NCBI GenBank assembly: GCA_963817895.1
Contig: CAWFQB010000001.1
Span: forward strand, 1,248,001-1,312,000
Length of the DNA: 64,000 bases
Source: an uncultured Chthonomonadaceae bacterium
Lineage (GTDB): Bacteria; Armatimonadota; Chthonomonadetes; Chthonomonadales; Chthonomonadaceae
Direction: 5' to 3'
A program made the position numbers and the translations under genes. This document shows, in pieces, positions 1 through 8,941 of this stretch. The first letter of the stretch is position 1, and the number at the start of each line of letters is the position of its first letter. The notes beneath the pieces are model-generated. The model saw only the letters and a list, made by a program, of their open reading frames with translations. It was not told the DNA's origin and made no database searches.

Positions 1-939
1 TGTTCGGTGTTGGATACTCTCGCTGTGGATTGTGGATTCAGGGTTGGAAATTGTTTCTCCTTTTCTCCTTTTCTCCCCTTCTCCTTTTCTGTTTTCTGCT
101 CCCTGCTCCGGGTGCTGCGCGTGGAAATTCATCAGGCGTTCCAGCGTGTCGAACATGTGCGTATCGCGCAGGTTCCAGGAGTCGTGTCCGCCCTGCATCA
201 TGGTACGATAATAGGCTTCCGCGCCCTGAACGACGAGCGCGTTCTGTTCCGCCACAAAATGGGCCTCCTGCTCCGCCGCGCCGCCCGGTGTCTGGCGGCG
301 CAGCGCGGTCAGCAGGTTCGTCACCTCATCGCGGCAGATTGTCGGGATGAATGAATCGGTAGCGCGGGCGTAGCGATGCTCGTCGCCGTAATAGGGTTCA
401 AAGCAGTGGTACGCCTGCCGCGCCGCATCCGCCGCCTGTCCGTCCTCCTGTTCCAGATACCGCAATACCGAGTCCAGCGACTCCCACAGGCTGTATACAT
501 CCAGACCGTAGAAGCCGACTTTCGCCGCCGGGGGCAGGCTGGCGTTGTGCTTGCGCAGCCATTCCGTCAGCGCGACAATCTCCCAATTGGCCCACATCCA
601 CGTCGGCCAGCGTTGAAAATCGCTCAACACTTCCCGCGCCGAGGTTCCACACTCGTTATAATCCTTGACATAGCGATTCACGCAGTAACAGTAGGGCCAG
701 TCGCCCTCCACGCCGATGAACGAGAACCCTTTTTCCTGTATCAGCCGCTGCGTCAGCCACATTCGCCAGACATAGTATTCCGAAGTGCCGTGCGTGGCCT
801 CGCCCAACAGCACATAGCGCGCGTCGCCGATACGCTCCATCAGCGGGTCCAAATCGGTAGGCGTTTCCAGCGGCTTTCCCTGCTCGGCGCACCATTGCGC
901 CAGTTCCACATCCTGCGCTCTCGATTTCGGTGTCAACAT
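1..939 (-). CDS. Erythromycin esterase family protein (5' part; runs off window edge)
   Basis: Absent from the ORF track because it has no stop in the window. Manual translation from ATG at 939 (AGGAGG RBS) gives MLTPKS...IGDARYVLLGEATHGTSEYY...GFSFIGVEGDWP...FQRWPTWMWANWE...VGFYGLDVYSL...SWNLRDTHMFDTL, typical Ere-family motifs. Confidence 0.88.
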   Translation of the reverse strand, partial: MLTPKSRAQDVELAQWCAEQGKPLETPTDLDPLMERIGDARYVLLGEATHGTSEYYVWRMWLTQRLIQEKGFSFIGVEGDWPYCYCVNRYVKDYNECGTSAREVLSDFQRWPTWMWANWEIVALTEWLRKHNASLPPAAKVGFYGLDVYSLWESLDSVLRYLEQEDGQAADAARQAYHCFEPYYGDEHRYARATDSFIPTICRDEVTNLLTALRRQTPGGAAEQEAHFVAEQNALVVQGAEAYYRTMMQGGHDSWNLRDTHMFDTLERLMNFHAQHPEQGAENRKGEGEKRRKGETISNPESTIHSESIQHRT

Positions 940-1325
940 GCGAACCTTGCCCTCCTGCTATGACAGGCCGACAGGAATTTTCAATCCCTGCTTGTCTAAA
1001 ACAAGCGTCTTGCGGACGCGATTTTTCTATGTAGGTTCCCTCGTCTAACGGGCGCTTGCGCGTTCTTGCAGGGTATTTTCAATACGCGGCGCGGAGATAT
1101 ACATGCCTGAAGCAGATACGCCGGACTTAAACTAAAGATATAGCCTGTCTTAACAATTTCGATGTAAAAAGCCGCAAAAGCGCCATTTGCGGCAATTGTG
1201 TATTGTCCGGCAGGAACTTTCCCGCGTCAGCATCAATATAGATGATAGTTCTACCACTTTTCCAACTCGGAGGACGCGCGGCAGCCGTTTCGCGGCGCGA
1301 ACCTTGCAAGGAGCAGCAGACGCTT

Positions 1326-2411
1326 ATGAGCGACAGGAAAATTCGCGTTGCCCTTATCGGCGTGGGCAATTGCGCCTCCTCGCTGGTGCAGGGCGTGGAA
1401 TTTTATAAAAACGCCAGTGAAACCGATTTTGTTCCCGGCCTGATGCACGTCAATCTGGGCGGCTACCATATCCGCGACATCGAGTTTTCCGCCGCCTTCG
1501 ACATCAACGTTACCAAAGTCGGCAAAGACCTGAGCGAAGCCATTTTCGCGCAGCCCAACAACACGTACCGCTTTTCGCCCGTTCCCCCGCTCAACGTGCC
1601 GGTTCAGCGGGGCATGACGCTGGACGGATTGGGCAAATACCTGCGCGACGTGATTGACGAGTCGCCCGAACCGACCGCAGACATTACCCGCATCCTGAAA
1701 GAGACCCGAACAGATGTGGTTGTTTCCTATCTTCCCGTCGGTTCGGAGATGGCGACGCAATGGTACGTGGAGCAGATACTGGCGGCAGGCTGCGGGTTCG
1801 TCAACTGCGTCCCCGTATTTATCGCGTCGCAATCCTGCTGGCAGCAGAAGTTTGCCGAACGCGGCCTACCCATCATTGGCGACGATATTAAATCACAGGT
1901 GGGCGCGACCATTACGCACCGGGTATTGACGAACCTGTTTCGGGAACGGGGCGTCCGGCTGGATCACACGTATCAGCTCAATTTCGGCGGCAACACGGAC
2001 TTTATGAACATGCTGGAACGCGAACGGCTGGAATCTAAAAAAATCTCCAAGACCAATGCCGTCACCAGCCAGTTGGATTATCCCATGTCCAATGGCGACG
2101 CGCATGTCGGGCCAAGCGATTACGTGGAGTGGCTTCAGGATCGCAAATTCTGTTACATTCGCATGGAGGGGACGACGTTCGGCAACGTGCCCCTCAATTG
2201 TGAACTAAAACTGGAAGTGTGGGACTCGCCCAATTCGGCGGGCGTCGTGATTGATGCCCTGCGTTGCATCAAACTCGCCCTCGACCGGGGCATCGGCGGC
2301 GCGTTGGGCAGCCCGTCCAGCTACTTCATGAAAACGCCGCCCACCCAAACCACCGACAGCGAAGCCCATGACCGCGTAGAAGCCTTTATTCGCGGCGAAA
2401 TCGAAAGGTGA
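1326..2411 (+). CDS. ino1: myo-inositol-1-phosphate (inositol-3-phosphate) synthase
   Basis: [53 protein letters not shown] and VWDSPNSAG motifs; AAGGAG upstream of ATG 1326. Confidence 0.95.
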   Translation: MSDRKIRVALIGVGNCASSLVQGVEFYKNASETDFVPGLMHVNLGGYHIRDIEFSAAFDINVTKVGKDLSEAIFAQPNNTYRFSPVPPLNVPVQRGMTLDGLGKYLRDVIDESPEPTADITRILKETRTDVVVSYLPVGSEMATQWYVEQILAAGCGFVNCVPVFIASQSCWQQKFAERGLPIIGDDIKSQVGATITHRVLTNLFRERGVRLDHTYQLNFGGNTDFMNMLERERLESKKISKTNAVTSQLDYPMSNGDAHVGPSDYVEWLQDRKFCYIRMEGTTFGNVPLNCELKLEVWDSPNSAGVVIDALRCIKLALDRGIGGALGSPSSYFMKTPPTQTTDSEAHDRVEAFIRGEIER

Positions 2412-2477
2412 GTTGTTAGGTTGTGAGTTGTTAGGTTTGTCGTATTTACGCTCGGCCACTCCTAACCTAACAACTTA

Positions 2478-2579
2478 GAGCCTATTCCAATAGGCCGGGT
2501 ACAGAGAACGTACCCGTCTGAGTGGCCTGCGGCCAAGCGTCCTTCGGACGCAAATGCAATCGCCTATTGGGATAGGCTC
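2478..2579. mobile_element. ~102-bp MITE with 18-bp TIRs and TTA target duplication (IS5/IS1031-like ends)
   Basis: GAGCCTATTCCAATAGGC ... GCCTATTGGGATAGGCTC (1 mismatch), flanked by TTA at 2475-2477 and 2580-2582; internal hairpins. Confidence 0.7.
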
Positions 2580-2614
2580 TTAATACCCTAACAACCTAAC
2601 AACCCAACAACCTA

Positions 2615-3397
2615 ATGACCTACAACCCTACTACCGTGGCCGAACTCGGCCCCTGGTTTCACAACATTGTTCTGCCGGACGGAACGCAGACTGCGCCCGA
2701 CCACTTTTTAGGCAGTGACTTTCCGCGTAACAAGTGGCAGTGTCTGGCTCCACATCTGCCTGCGGATTTAACAGGCTGGACCGCGCTGGACATCGGCTGC
2801 AACGCGGGCTACTATACGCTGGAACTGGCGAAACGGGGAGCGCATATCACCGCCATTGACGTCAACCCGTTTTATCTGGCGCAGGCGCAATGGGCGTGTG
2901 AGCAGTTTGGCTTGCAGGAGCGGGTGACGTTCCAGCAAACGGGCGTGTACGAACTGGCGCAATCGTCAGAAAAATACGACCTGATTCTGTTTTTAGGCGT
3001 GTTTTACCATTTGCGCTATCCGACGCTTGCCCTTGACATTGTGGCCGAAAAGACCAATCGCCTGCTCGTATTCCAAACCCTGACGATGCCCGGTATGGAG
3101 GTTTATCCTGCCGAAGAGGACATGGACATTGACCATCGCGAGGCCATGCAGGAACCGGGCTGGCCCCAAATGGCGTTTATCGAGCATCGGCTGTGCGGCG
3201 ACCCGACCAACTGGTGGGCGCTCAACCATGCCGGTATTCTGGCCCTGCTGCGCTCCTGTGGCCTGCGAACCCTTGCCACTCCCGGCCATGAACTCTATAT
3301 TTCCGAACCCGATCCCGAACACCCCTCCTGCATGACTACGTGGAATTGCTGGGAGTATGAGGCGGTAACAAAGAGAGGAAGTGAGAGTGGAGAGTGA
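2615..3397 (+). CDS. SAM-dependent methyltransferase (CmoB-like / TIGR04290-type)
   Basis: LGPWFHNI N-terminus, ALDIGCNAGY motif I, LFLGVFYHLRYP, DPTNWW. Confidence 0.85.
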   Translation: MTYNPTTVAELGPWFHNIVLPDGTQTAPDHFLGSDFPRNKWQCLAPHLPADLTGWTALDIGCNAGYYTLELAKRGAHITAIDVNPFYLAQAQWACEQFGLQERVTFQQTGVYELAQSSEKYDLILFLGVFYHLRYPTLALDIVAEKTNRLLVFQTLTMPGMEVYPAEEDMDIDHREAMQEPGWPQMAFIEHRLCGDPTNWWALNHAGILALLRSCGLRTLATPGHELYISEPDPEHPSCMTTWNCWEYEAVTKRGSESGE

Positions 3398-3458
3398 GAG
3401 TGAGAGTACCACTCGCATTGTCTCTCACTCTTCACTCTCCACTCTCACTATATAAACT

Positions 3459-4397
3459 ATGATCGAAGCTATCAAACTCTGGAACGAACCGAACAATATG
3501 TCGCACTGGGATTTTCATCTGGATCCCGGTTGGGTCGAGTTCGCGCAAATGCTGCGGCTGTGTTCGCAGGCCATACGAGACGTGAAGCCGGATTTGCCGA
3601 TTGTATTGGGCGGCATGTCGCCCATTGACCCGGAATTTCTGATTCTGCTGCGGAAGCAGGGCGCGCTGGAAAACATGGACGTGGTTGCTGTACACGGCTT
3701 TCCGCTGGACTGGAACCACTGGCAGATAAACGACTGGCCGCAGAAGATCGAAGAGATTCAGCGCGTGACCAATTTACCCGTTTGGGTCACAGAAGTCGGC
3801 GCGTCCACGTTCGGCGCGGACGAGGTTCAGGTGTTCGGACTACAGCGCACGGCGGAGCTGTTGCTTGGGCGCGTGGAACGGGTGTTCTGGTACAGCCTGC
3901 TGGATTTGCCGCCGACATGGGAAGCCACCACCCGACACAAAGAAGCGGAAGGCAGCTCCTATTACCGGCATTTTTATCTGGGGTTGATACGCGCCGACGG
4001 GACGCCCAAACCCTCGGCAGACTGTTTCAACCCGGAAATGGGCATTTGCCAGTGGTTTCATTTCGAGGATCATCGGCTTGATATGGCGGTGGAATGGCTG
4101 AAACGGTTGGGAGTAAAGAAATTGCGCACGGGCATCAGTTGGGCGGATTGGCATCGTCCCAATGCCGTCGCGTGGTTCGACCGGCAGATGGACGCGCTGC
4201 AAGACTTCGACGTAACGGTAACGCTGTGCTTTACGCCGCCCTCGCGGGGCCGGGAACCGCATCATACAAGCCCGCCGCTTGTACCGGAAGAGTTCGGCTG
4301 GTTCGCCGCCGATGTTGTGCGCCGGTATGTATTGCATGAGGGCTGGCAGCCGTCCAAAACTATGCAATCCCCGAATGTGGAGGCTATCGGCTCGTGA
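3459..4397 (+). CDS. Clan GH-A glycoside hydrolase-like protein (beta-xylosidase-like), circularly permuted
   Basis: WNEPN at the N-terminus, AVHGFP, PVWVTEVG, FWYSL, GLIRADGTPK; the LGVKKLRTGISW...FTP...VVRRY block lies at the C-terminus. Confidence 0.8.
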   Translation: MIEAIKLWNEPNNMSHWDFHLDPGWVEFAQMLRLCSQAIRDVKPDLPIVLGGMSPIDPEFLILLRKQGALENMDVVAVHGFPLDWNHWQINDWPQKIEEIQRVTNLPVWVTEVGASTFGADEVQVFGLQRTAELLLGRVERVFWYSLLDLPPTWEATTRHKEAEGSSYYRHFYLGLIRADGTPKPSADCFNPEMGICQWFHFEDHRLDMAVEWLKRLGVKKLRTGISWADWHRPNAVAWFDRQMDALQDFDVTVTLCFTPPSRGREPHHTSPPLVPEEFGWFAADVVRRYVLHEGWQPSKTMQSPNVEAIGS

Positions 4398-5002
4398 CGA
4401 CGACCTTTTACTTGATACGACATGCCGCGCACGGACTGCTCGGCCATAAAATGGCGGGGTGCATGTCCGGTGTTTGTCTCAGCGATGCGGGGCAGGCGCA
4501 GGCCGCGCAGCTTGCCGAACGCCTGTCTTCTGTACCGCTGTCCGCTATCTACAGCAGCCCTCTGGAACGGGCGCAGGAGACTGCCGCGCCCCTTGCCGCG
4601 AAGTTGAATTTGCCCGTACAAACCTGCCCTGCCATTTTGGAGATCAACTACGGCGATTGGACGGGCCTGACGTTTGAAGAGTTGTACGCCCGCCCCGAAT
4701 GGAAAGCGTATAATGAATTTCGCAGCGGCACACGGATTCCGGGCGGCGAAATGATGCTGGAAGCGCAAACGCGAGCGGTGGCGCAGATGCAAGCGTTGTG
4801 CCTGCTGCACCCCAATCAGCAAATCGCCCTCGTCAGCCACGCCGACATTATCAAGGGCGCGCTTGCCTACTATCTTGGGATGCCGCTCGACCTGTTTTTG
4901 CGTCTGGAAATCAGCCCCGCGTCCGTCAGCATCCTTACGCTAAACGAGTTCGGCCCCAGAGTGCTGCGCGTCAACGATACGGGCAGTATGTCTACAGAGT
5001 AA
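4394..5002 (+). CDS. Histidine phosphatase (phosphoglycerate mutase-like) family
   Basis: YLIRHA, IYSSPLERAQET, LEINYGDWTG, PGGE, LVSH, ISPASVS; GTGA overlap with the upstream gene. Confidence 0.9.
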   Translation: MTTTFYLIRHAAHGLLGHKMAGCMSGVCLSDAGQAQAAQLAERLSSVPLSAIYSSPLERAQETAAPLAAKLNLPVQTCPAILEINYGDWTGLTFEELYARPEWKAYNEFRSGTRIPGGEMMLEAQTRAVAQMQALCLLHPNQQIALVSHADIIKGALAYYLGMPLDLFLRLEISPASVSILTLNEFGPRVLRVNDTGSMSTE

Positions 5003-5014
5003 TCTCACAGAACG

Positions 5015-7000
5015 TTAAACTTGCAGCAGTCGCGCTAATGTTTCTTTGTAGATATTGTACGCGCCCCATAAGCGGGCTTGCTCGTTGGGGTCGTGACTGC
5101 TCATGTTGGCGCAAAGATGTGTTTGGCCGACGCGAAAAGCGGCATAGGCGAGTTGATATGCCGCCAGTACATCGGACGGAACGGTCGCGTCGAACCCTAC
5201 ACTGTTGGGCGTCAATCCCTGAATTGCTGTTTGCGCGGCCTCTAACAGCAACGCAGCCGTCGTTGCCTCCAATCCCCATTCCACGATTGCTCCCGCTATG
5301 TCCCACACATACGCCTGCCACCCGATGATGGTATGATCCGGTTCGTAGCCGATGCAGTCGATTTTGTGCAACTTCCCGCTTTCGGTATGTATCCATTCCT
5401 GCGGGGCAAGGTGTCCGTCGCCAAAAGTACGCGCCTGTCGCGCCCATGCGGATTGTTCCAAAATCGCCCTCCACTGCCGCGTTCGTTCCGCCGCTTCCTC
5501 GCCCAATGCTTCCCACGTATTCCAGTACAGCAAGGATTGCAGGCGGGCGAGCGCGGCTTCGTGTTCTTCGGGCATTGGTGGCGGCGCGGAACACGCGCCG
5601 ATATACGCGCCCATTTCCGCCAGAAACGCCGGGGTCGAATCTGGTAGCGTCAGGGGCGTTCCCTCAGTCCAGAGTGTGGCGACAAAGCCCATGAGCGCGC
5701 CGAGGGGTACGGGCGGAAGGGGCGACGCAAACATGCCGCGCATACCAAACCACTGTTCCATGACGTGCGATTGACTGAGCCAACCCTCCCGTTGCGACGT
5801 TGGGGATACGGGGGGATTGGGTAAAGGAATAGTCGCCAGTCCCGCGTATTTCCACAACACGCGCGTTCCATTCGACAGCGTGACGCGGTATTTGGGCCGC
5901 TCGAACGCCGCGCAAACCGCAGGCCATTCCGCTTCACTCTCGTACACCGCCCGCCGCCATAGCCCGCCGCCGAAATCCTCCACCGATACGACATGAACCT
6001 CTTCACCACGCGCCATGCTGCCGGTGTTGCCCTCAGACTGCCGATATTGCGCATAGTCCCTGACCAGTTGCGGCGTTCGGGCGGCCAGAACATCGGGAAG
6101 GGCAAGCCCGTTCCAGCGCAATTCCGCCGTTGGCGTGACATAACGTGGCGTATCCGCCCACCACTGCCGAACGGCTTCACCCCCGCTGCCGCCCGGATTG
6201 CCGCCGTGTCCGGGCAGAAACGCGATGCGTTCACGCGCCATTCCCAACTCTACAAGCGCCTGCGCGACGGATGCCATTGAAGAACCGGACTGCCCCGGCC
6301 CCTCGTCTACAATCAACGCCCATTCGTTCGGCCCGATTTCTATTTCACCCAAATCAGCCTGTCGCTCATAAGGGTGTCCGGTCGGGCGAACCGTTTGCCA
6401 TGTCGTATTAAATCCCGCCGATTTCAACGCGGCGCGAACGACGGCGCCCAGACTCGTCCCGATGCTCCGTATGCCGATAACGCGCACAGTGGCAACGGTT
6501 TCTCCGGCATGTTCCTGCGCCCATTGCCGCGCCGCCGCGCAGTACTGTTCCGGGTAAAGCGCGTAAAAAGCGTAGCCCTCCGGCAATTTCAGGGTCAGCC
6601 GGATTTGAGGCGCGATTTCCCAATTCGGAACGCTATCCGCCAGCGAACCTAACCTCGCTCCAACGCTGATTTCGCCCTGTTCGGCAGCGACAAAAGCGTT
6701 CGCAAGCCGTTCCGTTACAGTTCGCATTGCGTCCAATAAGGATAAATCTTCTGCCGGAGAGGGCGCGATGAGGGGAGAGGGCGCAGCGATAGGGGAGGGC
6801 GCAGCAAGCGGCGCCCCTACATCAAGAGCGTCTTCTAAACCCTGCTGTATCTGTCCCGCGAAAATCAGCAGCCAGCGCAGCCGTTCCAGCGCGTCCAGCC
6901 CGCTGAATTTCAATCCGCTCGACAGCGTTATACAGCCATGCAGATAGCGCAGGAGAGTGGGGAAATCTTCTTCATAACTCGGGTCGCCGTAGACAATCAT
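5015..7000 (-). CDS. Uncharacterised 661-aa protein: PRTase-like N-half plus APH/ELK kinase-like C-half
   Basis: IGIRSIGTSL and ALIVDEGPGQSGSS (PRPP-loop-like); LWKYAGL; DGHLAPQEWI...LHKID; WDIAGAIVEW. Confidence 0.7.
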   Translation of the reverse strand: MIVYGDPSYEEDFPTLLRYLHGCITLSSGLKFSGLDALERLRWLLIFAGQIQQGLEDALDVGAPLAAPSPIAAPSPLIAPSPAEDLSLLDAMRTVTERLANAFVAAEQGEISVGARLGSLADSVPNWEIAPQIRLTLKLPEGYAFYALYPEQYCAAARQWAQEHAGETVATVRVIGIRSIGTSLGAVVRAALKSAGFNTTWQTVRPTGHPYERQADLGEIEIGPNEWALIVDEGPGQSGSSMASVAQALVELGMARERIAFLPGHGGNPGGSGGEAVRQWWADTPRYVTPTAELRWNGLALPDVLAARTPQLVRDYAQYRQSEGNTGSMARGEEVHVVSVEDFGGGLWRRAVYESEAEWPAVCAAFERPKYRVTLSNGTRVLWKYAGLATIPLPNPPVSPTSQREGWLSQSHVMEQWFGMRGMFASPLPPVPLGALMGFVATLWTEGTPLTLPDSTPAFLAEMGAYIGACSAPPPMPEEHEAALARLQSLLYWNTWEALGEEAAERTRQWRAILEQSAWARQARTFGDGHLAPQEWIHTESGKLHKIDCIGYEPDHTIIGWQAYVWDIAGAIVEWGLEATTAALLLEAAQTAIQGLTPNSVGFDATVPSDVLAAYQLAYAAFRVGQTHLCANMSSHDPNEQARLWGAYNIYKETLARLLQV

Positions 7001-7039
7001 GGGGTGCAGGTGTTCGGTATTCGGTATTCGGTGTTGGGG

Positions 7040-7891
7040 CTACTGGTCGGTTGCCAGCAGGGTAGAAAACAGGGTTACATCTGTTTGTATGGTATAGGAG
7101 AGCTTGTCTGCGTGTGCCGATTGTTGGACGCGCAAACGACTATCGGGCGCAAGGATGACGGCTTTTTGTGTGTCCCACGCTTCTATTGCCACCTTCATGA
7201 TGATATGAAATGTGGGCGGCAATTGGGAAAGGGGCAGGCCCTCGGTTTGTAAAATTTGCTGCTGTTCGGGCGAGAGTTTACGGAATTCCTTATTGAACAG
7301 CATTTCCGCCGCCGTCACGGTCGCGCCGCCAGCCGTTAAACGGAAAGAACGCGCAAGCGCGGCAGTGTCGGAAAGTGGAGGCGCATTGGGCGTTGGAGTT
7401 CCCGTTTGCGCGCTTCCCGGTAAAGGCGCAGTTGCGGACTGGCCTGAATCGTTGTCTTGCAGCGCCAGGACTTCCCGCCGCGTCCGCTCCAGTTCTACGC
7501 CCTGCTGTTTCAGGACACGCCCCGCCAACCCCACTTTGTCCCGAATCAGGCCAAGCAACAGGTGTTCCGTGCCGATGTAGTTGTTGGACAATTGCCGCGC
7601 TTCATCGTAGGCATGGTCAATCAGGCTCTTGCTTTGCGGCGACAACTGCATGTCCAGCTTTTTGTTGGCTGGATCGGCAGTTCCTTTGCTCATCTGCGGC
7701 TCCAGCGCGGCGCGGACGGTCTGCGGCGCAATATCCATGCGTTTCAGGATGCGGCAGGCGACATTTTCTTCGTCGCTTATAAGCGCGAACAATAAGTGTT
7801 CCGTATTGACGGTCAGGTGATTAAGCCTGATCGCCTCCACCTGCGCGGCAAAAATCACTTCTCTCGCTTTTCCCGTAAACCGCTGCCACAT
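7040..7891 (-). CDS. Stand-alone Clp N-terminal (repeat) domain protein, paralog 2
   Basis: MWQRFTGKA, TEHLLFAL, NNYIGTEHLLLGL; no AAA+ Walker A motif. Confidence 0.85.
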   Translation of the reverse strand: MWQRFTGKAREVIFAAQVEAIRLNHLTVNTEHLLFALISDEENVACRILKRMDIAPQTVRAALEPQMSKGTADPANKKLDMQLSPQSKSLIDHAYDEARQLSNNYIGTEHLLLGLIRDKVGLAGRVLKQQGVELERTRREVLALQDNDSGQSATAPLPGSAQTGTPTPNAPPLSDTAALARSFRLTAGGATVTAAEMLFNKEFRKLSPEQQQILQTEGLPLSQLPPTFHIIMKVAIEAWDTQKAVILAPDSRLRVQQSAHADKLSYTIQTDVTLFSTLLATDQ

Positions 7892-7918
7892 AGCCTACCT
7901 CCGGTGACGCGCAATGGC

Positions 7919-8821
7919 CTACTCCGCCGCTTCATCTTCCGGCGCGTTGTCCGTAGAAGTTTCGGAAGGCGTTTCTTCCGTTGCAGGTGTTTCTGTAGGC
8001 GCAGGTTCCTCGGTGGGAGTTTTCGCCTGCTCGGTAGATGGCTCGACGACGGGCGGCGGGGCAGGCGCAGGCGGTTGATCACGTATCAGAAAGGTGGTGA
8101 CGAACGAGGCGCGGGTGGCGATGGTATAGTGGGTTGCGCCCTCCACGCGAACGATGCCTACCTGCACCCACGATTCAGGATCAAGAACGTAATGCCCCTG
8201 CTGCATTGTCACCTGAAACAACTGTCGGATACACGCCTGAAATATCGCAGGCAGTTGGCTCATGGGAACGCCCTCACGCTGCAATTGCGCCTGCTGTTCC
8301 GGGGGCAGGGCAGCAAACTCGTCCCGAAACGGTTGTTGGGGCTTTGCGGAATCTGGGCTGGCGACAGAAGCGGGATTTCCGTAGCCTGATTCGCTTTGTA
8401 TTACTACCACTTCGCGGCGCGTCCGCTCCAATTCCACGCCCAATTTTGTCAGAACCCGCCCTGCCAACCCCTCCGCCTCGCGTACCATGCCGAGTAGCAG
8501 ATGTTCGGTTCCGATGTAGTTGTTGCTGAGTTGACGGGCTTCGTCATAGGCGAGGTCAATGATGCGCTTGGCGCGGGGCGTGAGCTGCATATCCTGCCCC
8601 AAACGCCCATCACCTCGCGTCACCTGTCGCTCGATCTCGCTGCGGATGCGTCCGAGCGATATGCCCATCCGATCCAAAATGCGGGCGGCCACGCTGTCGT
8701 TTTCGCGTACCAGTCCGAGCAGCAGGTGTTCGGTGGAAACATAGTTCTCGCCCAAACGCCCCGCCTCTTCCTGCGCGAAAAACACCACCCGCCGCGCCCG
8801 CTCTGTAAATCGCTGCCACAT
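7919..8821 (-). CDS. Stand-alone Clp N-terminal (repeat) domain protein, paralog 1
   Basis: MWQRFTERARRVVFFAQEEA, STEHLLLGL, LTPRAK, YIGTEHLLLG; no AAA+ domain; Pro/Glu/Thr-rich tail. Confidence 0.88.
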   Translation of the reverse strand: MWQRFTERARRVVFFAQEEAGRLGENYVSTEHLLLGLVRENDSVAARILDRMGISLGRIRSEIERQVTRGDGRLGQDMQLTPRAKRIIDLAYDEARQLSNNYIGTEHLLLGMVREAEGLAGRVLTKLGVELERTRREVVVIQSESGYGNPASVASPDSAKPQQPFRDEFAALPPEQQAQLQREGVPMSQLPAIFQACIRQLFQVTMQQGHYVLDPESWVQVGIVRVEGATHYTIATRASFVTTFLIRDQPPAPAPPPVVEPSTEQAKTPTEEPAPTETPATEETPSETSTDNAPEDEAAE

Positions 8822-8941
8822 AGTCTCTCTCCGGGAATAGGTTGTTAGGTTGTTAGTTGTTAGGTTGTTAGGTATTCAATTGATAGTCTCGCTACGCAAA
8901 TGTAAATGTGTACTCTTGCATCGTCCTAACAACCTAACAAC

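Noticed and set aside
1..939. Macrolide resistance claim for the erythromycin esterase-like gene
   Set aside because: Family membership alone does not imply Ere activity; many members have other or unknown substrates.
376..963. Plus-strand 195-aa ORF and other long antisense ORFs (15825-17336, 34576-36123, 61316-63163)
   Set aside because: Shadows of well-supported genes on the opposite strand in GC-rich DNA.
975..1230. GGAAC/GGAAT...GTCTAA ECF-sigma-like promoter elements upstream of ino1
   Set aside because: The spacing does not fit a consensus convincingly.
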